Below are positions 9,249 through 16,612 of a DNA stretch of 17,875 nucleotides, piece after piece. Position numbers and translations under genes: made by a program. Location: assembly GCA_029953675.1 (NCBI GenBank), contig JAMWBK010000017.1, positions 1 through 17,875 on the forward strand. Direction: 5' to 3'. This stretch comes from Rhodosorus marinus CCMP1338. Lineage: Eukaryota > Plantae > Rhodophyta. The notes beneath the pieces were generated by a model. That model saw only the letters and a program-made list of their open reading frames with translations. It was not told the origin of the DNA and searched no databases. How positions within the stretch are numbered: position 1 is the stretch's first letter; each line of letters starts with the position of its first letter.

Positions 9249-10089
9249 CCAAAAACTCCTCTCCAACTGGAGTCACCGACGGGCATTCGAGGAAATGGTG
9301 GAGAACGCGGAGATCAGCGAGACGGCACGTGCGCGAATACGCTCCTGCAAGGGATCAGGAGGCGGTACTTGGCTGCGAGACTTGCCAATGAAACACGGAC
9401 GCGGCCTAAGTAGCGGAGAACTGAACCTGAGCCTTCGACAACTGTTGGGATTGCCCCTGCCGGGTGTACGAATACTTAGTACGTGTACGATATGTTCCCA
9501 ACCACACGACGCTGCAGGCATTCAACGCCTTCACCACTGCACCAGCTCTACCGGCAGTTGGACAATTCGGCATAACATGGTCAGGGACGCCCTGGCGACA
9601 GTGCTGAGACAATGGCGACTAGAAGTGACAATAGAACCGACCGGACACTACCAAGGCAGTCGGCTTCGGCCTGACATTCTAGCCCGACACCCACGAACAG
9701 GCAAGCTCTACGTGATCGATGTGAAGGTGACCTCGCCTTTGCAAAGAACACACCTCCACAAAGCGTCTTGGGAGACCGGGTATGCGGCACGGAAAGCGGA
9801 AAAGTTTAAAGAGTCCAAATACCGTGACAGTATCGGAGAACATAACGACGACATCTTCGTCCCCTTCTGCCTGGAAACATTTGGGCAGATGGGACAACAA
9901 GCGAGTGAGTTCCTCAAGGAAGCGACTATACACCTGGATCAGCGGGCAACGCAAGTAAGTGAGGCTCGGGCGATCTTGAACCGCACTTTGTGGAAAGGAA
10001 ACGCTATCCTTGCCACCCAGGCTCGTCGTGTCGACGAAGCAGACTATGACATCGTCCCTATCTTCGAACGTAGCCACACAACCCATTAG
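9247..10089 (+). CDS. C-terminal part of ORF2 (zinc knuckle + RLE), 5'-truncated
   Basis: CTICSQPH...HHC...RHN; RLRPDILARHP...YVIDVKVTSP...AEKFKESKY; FVPFCLETFG; stop TAG at 10087-10089. Confidence 0.85.
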   Translation, partial: TQKLLSNWSHRRAFEEMVENAEISETARARIRSCKGSGGGTWLRDLPMKHGRGLSSGELNLSLRQLLGLPLPGVRILSTCTICSQPHDAAGIQRLHHCTSSTGSWTIRHNMVRDALATVLRQWRLEVTIEPTGHYQGSRLRPDILARHPRTGKLYVIDVKVTSPLQRTHLHKASWETGYAARKAEKFKESKYRDSIGEHNDDIFVPFCLETFGQMGQQASEFLKEATIHLDQRATQVSEARAILNRTLWKGNAILATQARRVDEADYDIVPIFERSHTTH

Positions 10090-10167
10090 GGGTTTCTTTG
10101 CTGACCAATAGGATCCTTATTGCTTCTTAATGGGCTCCAATAGGGAGTTCTTCAGTAAAGTGTACGC
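9249..10167 (+). mobile_element. Element 3: 5'-truncated lineage B (subfamily B1) copy with intact 3' end
   Basis: Begins directly after the motif in mid-ORF2, ends with the 3' UTR ...CAGTAAAGTGTACGC before the next motif. Confidence 0.93.
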
Positions 10168-10185
10168 GGTTACGTTAGTCTGGGG
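10168..10185 (+). repeat. Junction/target motif GGTTACGTTAGTCTGGGG
   Basis: Exact motif between the 3' end of element 3 and the truncated 5' end of element 4. Confidence 0.95.
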
Positions 10186-10187
10186 CA

Positions 10188-10883
10188 ATTCCTCTTCTCC
10201 AAAGCGCAATCAGCCGGGGTGTGTTCCGGACTGGGATTTTCGGATCCTTTACCATGCGACACCCCGATCGACAGGTGAGCCTGTACACCGGGCACGGTTT
10301 AGAGGCGGATAACCTGCTGGGGTTCAACGAGCGGCAACGACTCGCCGGCGGAGATGTCAGGGCTCAAACGCTGAGACGAGCGATCGAGCAGATCATACGC
10401 ATCCGCGCGCGGCTGAGCCGTCGACATCTCTCGTTTACAACTCTCGCCCGAGTGCACGAGATGCTGGACCAACGGCTTGAAAAGTTACAAGCCCTTCAAC
10501 AGCAACCTGCGGTATCCAGGGAGAGCGCGGAACCCCTAACGACTGCAGCCGCACCAAACGCAGCCGCTGAAGCCTCGTCGTCTCCGGACGATGCACAGGC
10601 AGCCTGTGGGACTGTTGCCACTCAGGGTGACTCCGGTGGAACATCCCAAGTACCGCAGGATGTGGAAGAAGAGGACAATCCCCATGCGGAACTCTCGTGC
10701 AACTTGCCGGAACCTCCTCAACTTAAGCGCTCGCGCCGGTCTGCCAACGGATCTAGCACGGATGCAGAAATGACACCAGCTCCCCTCGACCCCACACCGA
10801 GCGAGAATGGACTACAACCTGAAACTGCAGCCAATACAAACCCGTCGGTTCAGCAGGAAGCGCAGGACAACGAGCAATCATAA
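10188..10883 (+). CDS. ORF1 C-terminal portion (5'-truncated) of element 4
   Basis: IPLLQSAISRGVFRTGIFGSFTMRHPDRQV is nearly identical to element 7 ORF1; acidic/Pro-rich tail; TAA at 10881-10883. Confidence 0.85.
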   Translation: MPLLQSAISRGVFRTGIFGSFTMRHPDRQVSLYTGHGLEADNLLGFNERQRLAGGDVRAQTLRRAIEQIIRIRARLSRRHLSFTTLARVHEMLDQRLEKLQALQQQPAVSRESAEPLTTAAAPNAAAEASSSPDDAQAACGTVATQGDSGGTSQVPQDVEEEDNPHAELSCNLPEPPQLKRSRRSANGSSTDAEMTPAPLDPTPSENGLQPETAANTNPSVQQEAQDNEQS

Positions 10884-13800
10884 TGCCGTCCAGACGCAGG
10901 GGACGTAAACGCCCACGAGAAGAGCCTCTGTTCTTCTCTGACCGGGAGGCCTGGATTTGCCGCTGGAACGCTTTCGTAGCTGAGATCACGGAGGAGGGGA
11001 GGCATTGGACGCGCATCACACATTGCCCGGTGCCCACACGACACTTCGTGCCCCGAGCACACGTTTCTACATGGAGCCGGCTTCTTCGGGCTGCCCTCGA
11101 GCTTTCTCTGGACGCGACAGCACCTCCATTAGCGAGCCTGCTTCTCGTCGGCCTTCCGGGTCTGGTCCTGGGCCACTCCACCCTTGACACAGGGGTACAG
11201 GTCGCACATGTACTAGAAGGAGAGTTCCAGCGGGTCTGGACGGCCCTTGAGGAGAAAGCCGCCTCAATGAAACCCCCACCTACACCACACGGTGCCGAAG
11301 ACGTTCGTCGACGAGTCGATGGCCGCCGCAAACAAGCACTTAAACTAGCACGACTCGGCCGCCTCTCGGATGCTGCAAGAAGACTCGAGGCCACCGAAAT
11401 GGCGCCTTTCACAGCGGCTACCTGGCGGCAACTACAACAGCTCTTTCCGAGCCCCGCCAGTGTGGATTCACCGGTGGAGATTGTGGAAGCCCTCCAAGGC
11501 CTACTCACGACGGACAACGACACACTGAAGAGGCGGTGGGATCCAAAAATGGCTGCCGACGAAGGCCTCCTCTCAATCGTGGCACGACTACCTCAAGGGA
11601 CGAGCCCTGGACCGAGTGGAATGCGCGCGGAACATTTGCAAGGGGCGAACCAACAGACTCAGGTAGCACTGATTCGGGTCTTGCGCCAACTCGCCACCGC
11701 GCCCGGGCGATTCTCACCCCTTCTGCTACGAGCCTTGCGTAGCAGTAGACTTCTGCCTTTCTCGAAGCCAGCACAGGGGGGTAACTCCCAGGCCAAGGCA
11801 GGGATCCGCCCAATAGGCGTGCCGGAGGTCCTACGCAAAGTGGCAACTCAGTGGGCGCTGCGAGCGGTGATGGACCGGGTCCGCGAGCTGTTGGTGCCGT
11901 TGCAGCTGGGAATCGGGGTCAGCGGTGGCTGTGAACGGTCACTGCACGCCATCCAGGCCCACCTGTCATGTGAACCAGACTCGGTTGCACTTCGACTGGA
12001 CCTCGAGAACGCCTTTAACCGCATTGACAGGCGAATTGCCAAGAAACTGGTGGCCCAGCACTTCCCTGAGCTCACAGCGGTGTATAGGCTCGGATATGGA
12101 GGCGATGGGGAAACACCGACGCTTTGTGGATGGCGGACGACGCAAGAAGACAACCACCTGCACAAGGACAGACTGACGCTGCAAGCAGAAACCGGAGTAC
12201 AACAAGGCGACCCTTTAGGTCCGGTGCTACATGCGCTCTCCCTGGCCCCTTTTCTCAAGGCACTCAGCAACAAGTTTCAGGGAGTCACGATCGTCGCCAT
12301 CCATGACGACATCACTCTGGTCGGCGCATTGCCTATATTGAAGGAGGCTCTCCAATGGGGACAGACCCTGCTACCGTGCCTTGGAGCCCGCCTGCAGCTC
12401 AGCAAATGCAGCCTTTATGGTCGATCCCTCACCACTACACGCTTGGTGAACCGTGCGATTCCCGGCGTGCAAGTGACTAGGGAAGGCCTCACAATCCACT
12501 CCATCCCCATCGGCACTCGGCAGTACATCGAGCACGAGTGTAGACGGCTGCAGAACAAACACGAGACGCTGTTCAAGGAGATTTCGAGCCTGCCAACCGA
12601 TGAACTGCCTATCCAGCTTGCGCTTTACAGGTATTGCGCTGAAACGAGGTTGGATTACACCTTGCGATGCCTTGCCTACCCGTTTGGACGAGCTCTGGCC
12701 AGGGAAGCGGACAGTATGAGCCGATACCACTTAGAGGTCTTGTTTGGTGGCCTCTGCACGACGGCCTTGGTCGAGGATGAGCTGATACACCCGGTCAACG
12801 AGCAGATTTCGTTGCCCTGCCGATGGGGCGGATTGGGGTTCGCGACCCGTGCAAGAATACAGCCGATTGCGTTCTTCTCGGCCTGGGCGCAGACCCTGAG
12901 AGACCATGCGGGTCAGTGGCCCTATATAACGGAGGTGGAGCGACAGGTCAGGCAAGGTGGCGACATACACATCAGCCACCTAGGCCGACTGCAGGTGTCA
13001 ACGGAGACGATCGGTGAGCAAATCCGCGCGTCTAGTCGTGCTATAGAGCGGAGACTGTGCCCAGACACGGCGCCGCGGATCCGGAGACTGGCCAAGCTGC
13101 CCGAATTGAGAGACGAAGCCGCACCTGAAGTAGCGGACTCCCCTCGCGATTGGAACCATGGTTCAATACAACAAACCCTCTCTAGGGAGGCACACCATCG
13201 CGCGTTCCAACGTTTGGTCGGCAACGAGGGCGTTTCGCATGAACACCGTGCAAGAATCCGATCGGCGGCCGGCTCGGGTTCGGGGGTATGGCTGCGGGAA
13301 CTACCGTTGCTAGAGCCGAGAAAGCTGGACTCACAGGAATTGCAGGTAAATGTTCGACAACTGCTGGGGCTGCCGATTCCGGGGTTGCGGACAACGGAGC
13401 AGTGCACCAGTTGCCGTAGGAAACATGGCCCAAATGGGGTGCAACGATTTCAACACTGTCCAACATCGACGGGACTATGGCAGAGACGGCACGACGAGCT
13501 CTGTACGGAGCTAGGGAGATGGCTCAACCGATGGAATTTTCTTGACATACAGCAAGAACCGCAGAGGTATTTTGAGAATTACCAGCTGCGACCAGATATC
13601 GTGGCGACCCATCCAAAGACCTTTCAAAAAGTACGCGATCGATGTGACGGTGATTTCACCGCTACAGGAAAAGTACATAAGGCGTGGCAGTGCAGAAAAC
13701 GGGTATGCAGCGAAACTGGCGGAGAACTACAAGCTCGCGCACTATAAAGAGGCGATGAGTGTGGAAAAGCCCGAGGAGAAGTTCATCCCGATCGCGATAG

Positions 13801-14021
13801 AGACCTTTGGGCGGAGCGGGAGGTTGACGCAAGACTTTTTGCGGGACAGTTGTAAACACTTGTTGCATCGAGATGAGGAGCTGAGGGATGCACGATCCCA
13901 GTTAAACAGGATCCTATGGCAGGGCAACGCGGCGATTGCGCTTGGCGCTCTACGTGCGGACCAGTTGGAGAACCCACTGGTTCCTGTTTTTTCTTTTGAA
14001 CGTAGCATGAGACCCCGGTAG
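10883..14021 (+). CDS. ORF2 of element 4: reverse transcriptase + zinc knuckle + RLE endonuclease, one +1 frameshift near 13626
   Basis: Track ORF 10883-13747 continues in 13542-14021 after an extra A in CAAAAAG. Motifs: GTSPGPSG, IRPIGVPE, LDLENAFN, GVQQGDPLGP, AIHDD (12296-12310), CTSC...HC...RH, RPDI...YAIDVTV...AENYKLAHY. Confidence 0.95.
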
Positions 14022-14101
14022 CGGGGTTGTTGTGAGTGATTCCCTAGATAGCAATCGGCTTAGTGTTACGTCGCATTAGGCGACTGCCCAATAAAGCTCA
14101 C

Positions 14102-14118
14102 GGTTACGTTAGTCTGGG
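14102..14118 (+). repeat. Junction/target motif GGTTACGTTAGTCTGGG followed by T and 13 A
   Basis: Motif directly after the element 4 3' UTR; A run at 14120-14132. Confidence 0.93.
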
Positions 14119-14119
14119 T

Positions 14120-14600
14120 AAAAAAAAAAAAATGCGCTGGATGTGACGGTGGTGTCACCATTACAGGGAAAATATTTGCGGCGGAGCCAAGATGATAGCG
14201 GATACGCGGCGAGAGCTGCGGAGAAGTGGAAAATCGCTCACTACAAAGAAGCGATGGTGATCGAGAAACCGGATGATAAGTTCATCCCGATAGCAATAGA
14301 GACGTTTGGGCGTACGGGGCAAATGGCACAGGAGTTCCTCCGGGACAGCTGCAAGCACTTACTGCATAGGAGTGAGGAGCTGAGAGACGTGAGATCCCAG
14401 ATAAACCGGCAACTATGGCGAGGTAACGCAGAGATAGCATTAGGCGCTTTGCGCGTGGACCAGCTGGAGAATCCGCTGGTACCTGTTTTTTCTTTTGAAC
14501 GTAGCATGAGACCCCGGTAGCGGGGTTCCAGTAAGTTTTTCCCTAGATAGGATTAGACGTAGTGTTGCGCTGCAGTAGGCAGCTGCCCAGTAAAGCTTAC
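14120..14600 (+). mobile_element. Element 5: short 5'-truncated B2-related copy (RLE C-terminal half + 3' UTR)
   Basis: LDVTVVSPLQ...FIPIAIETFG...FSFERSMRPR is a diverged paralog of the element 4 C-terminus; stop at 14520. Confidence 0.93.
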
Positions 14601-14618
14601 GGTTACGTTAGTCTGGGG
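14601..14618 (+). repeat. Junction/target motif GGTTACGTTAGTCTGGGG
   Basis: Exact motif between elements 5 and 6. Confidence 0.95.
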
Positions 14619-14906
14619 TTTGGGCAGATGGGACAACAAGCGAGTGAGTTCCTCAAGGAAGCGACTATACACCTGGATCAGCGGGCAACGCAAGTAAGTG
14701 AGGCTCGGGCGATCTTGAACCGCACTTTGTGGAAAGGAAACGCTATCCTTGCCACCCAGGCACGTCGTGTCGACGAAGCAGACTATGACATCGTCCCTAT
14801 CTTAGAACGTAGCCACACAACCCATTAGGGGTTTCTTTGCTGACCAATAGGATCCTTATTGCTTCTTAATGGGCTCCAATAGGGAGTTCTTCAGTAAAGT
14901 GTACGC
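14619..14906 (+). mobile_element. Element 6: 288-bp 5'-truncated copy of subfamily B1
   Basis: Matches 9880-10167 with two substitutions seen by eye. Confidence 0.95.
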
Positions 14907-14957
14907 GGTTACGTTAGTCTGGGGTTAGTCTGGGGGTACAGTTACGTTAGTCTGGGG
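14907..14957 (+). repeat. Irregular tract of junction-motif units (telomere-like)
   Basis: GG TTACGTTAGTCTGGGG TTAGTCTGGGGG TACA GTTACGTTAGTCTGGGG. Confidence 0.92.
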
Positions 14958-15020
14958 TGACGGGTTTGGACGGCTTTGTTTGTGAAAAACGACGGAAAAA
15001 GGTGATAAAAAGTTACAAGT

Positions 15021-16612
15021 ATGATTGTGAAGGAGGTACGCGGGCCGTACCCCGAGCCTCTTGTGATCGCGGGCCCACACACCTCGGGTACCCGCGAAAT
15101 GGAGAGGGCGAAAGAGCTGCTACAAGAGCAGCAGCAGCAGCAGCAGCAACAGCACCAGTATAGGGGAGCAGAACAGGAGGCAGAGAGGAATGCAGAACAG
15201 GGTGCAGCGGAGCAGGCCACAGCAGACCCAGCTGTCGCCTTTCTCCACCAACTGCAGAGCTACGACCACTGCTATACCGCCCTGGGAATCGGCCAGTCGG
15301 ACATCGCCGACTTCTACCAGGCCGCCTTCAACCTCTATTCCCGCATCAACTGCTCAAAAGAACTTCAATCAGTGACAGGACGTCTGAATGAGCTCGCCAA
15401 AAAACCGCATATGTGGCAAGACGGACGAGCCACTACGACCCCGCCTCAACCCCCGCAGCAGCACCCGCGGACGGCGGCGGTCAATCAACATGCGGCAGAA
15501 CCCATCATCAATCAACTTGCGGAGGGGACAGGTGTCCTTGCCTCACTGGACTATGCCACGGCCTTCCCGGTTGCCGGTATCAGCAGCACACGGCCAACGT
15601 ACGCTCAGAGGACTGCCCAAAGTACTCCAGCTCGAGAATCAGAGGCTCAACTCCGACCAGCCGGGCGCCCGGGCCCACAGAGCCAGCAGGCAGCGCTACG
15701 ACAGTTGCACGCCACTGTGGGAGGGTCCTCCTGGGGACCTGAGACCAAGCCGGTACTGGCGACCCTGAGGAATGTAAGACCGCCACGGATGGACGAGGTA
15801 GCCCCATCGGATTTCACCACGGTCCTTTGCAGAGCCTTGGGGATTCCGAGCTCTTATGTGGCGCACGTGGACTTCATCGCTTCCCATGCGTGCTTACTCT
15901 GCCATCCGGACGCGATTCCGATTCTACAAAGCGCCATCTCTCGGGGCGTTTTCAGGACGGGCATCTTCGGTTCGTTCACCCAGAGACACCCCGATCGGCA
16001 AGTGACTCTCTACACGGGCCAGGCACTGGATACAGACAACCTGTTGGGCTACAATGAACGTCAGCTCATTGCCCCAGCGAATATCGGGGCTCAGACCCTG
16101 AAACGGGCGATTGAACAGACTATCCGGATCCGCGCGAGACTCCGCAGAAGGCAACTCTCGTTCAACACACTCGCAGCGATACACGAGTACCTGGAGAGCA
16201 GACTCGGAGCCCTACAAGCCACACAACGTACTCCAACGGTACCCGGGGAGAGCGCGGAACCCCCAGCGCCTGCAGCCGCCACGAACGCAGACCCTGAAGC
16301 CTCGTCCCTTCCAGGGGATGTACAGGCAGACCGTGGGAGAGTTGACGCCTCGGTTGAGACCAGTGCGACTTCCCAAGTACCTGAGAACGCAGCACACGAA
16401 GACAATCCCCATGCGGAGCTCCTCTGTGCAACCTTCCGGAGCCACCTCAACAGAAGCGCTCGCGAGTGGCCGCCGATGGCACCGGACCGGATACTGAGAT
16501 GACTCCGGCAGCCGTGGAGACTCCACAGGATACCACTGGGACACAGGTTGCCGTTGACGGCAACCATCACGCGATGGACACGCAGGAGAGCCAGGAAAAC
16601 CCAGCGCAATAA
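15021..16612 (+). CDS. ORF1 of element 7 (about 530 aa, unknown family), one frameshift near 16420
   Basis: Track ORF 15021-16502; after the shift the alternate frame reads CNLPEPPQQKRSR (as in element 4) and ends at TAA 16610-16612. PolyQ, central conserved block, disordered tail. Confidence 0.85.
15129..15152 (+). repeat. (CAG)6CAACAG polyglutamine tract in ORF1
   Basis: Read directly; encodes Q8. Confidence 0.9.

Larger units (their letters stand above)
10186..14101 (+). mobile_element. Element 4: lineage B (subfamily B2), truncated inside ORF1, near-intact ORF2 and intact 3' end
   Basis: Partial ORF1, TAATG overlap, RT-zinc knuckle-RLE ORF2, 80-nt 3' UTR, junction motif. Confidence 0.96.

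Noticed and set aside
7797-10089. Track ORFs 7797-9413 and 9130-10089 as single genuine proteins
   Set aside because: Each reads through the repeat at 9221-9248 and joins parts of two different elements; the start at 7797 comes from the 115-bp duplication.
10168-10185. Target as a spliced-leader or U2 snRNA gene (CRE/SLACS or Utopia targets)
   Set aside because: The reverse complement shares only ACTAACG with the trypanosomatid leader; no flanking RNA-gene sequence; the motif forms tandem G-rich units.
10753-13466. Long minus-strand ORFs over elements (10753-11523, 11848-12273, 12922-13407, also 16926-17300, 2212-2838)
   Set aside because: Antisense shadows of GC-rich coding sequence with no recognisable motifs.
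13620-13640. Programmed -1 ribosomal frameshift at CAAAAAG
   Set aside because: The required shift is +1, the heptamer is not a full X XXY YYZ, and elements 1-3 have this region in one frame.
10883-14021. Group II intron, retron, DGR, telomerase or Penelope-type RT
   Set aside because: The order RT, zinc knuckle, PD..D-type nuclease, plus 5' truncations and a preceding ORF1, is that of RLE non-LTR elements; no GIY-YIG domain or intron RNA ends are seen.
3959-14957. Recurrent 16-18 nt motif as a CRISPR repeat
   Set aside because: Intervals are 0.3-5 kb retroelement pieces, not uniform spacers; no cas genes; eukaryotic context.
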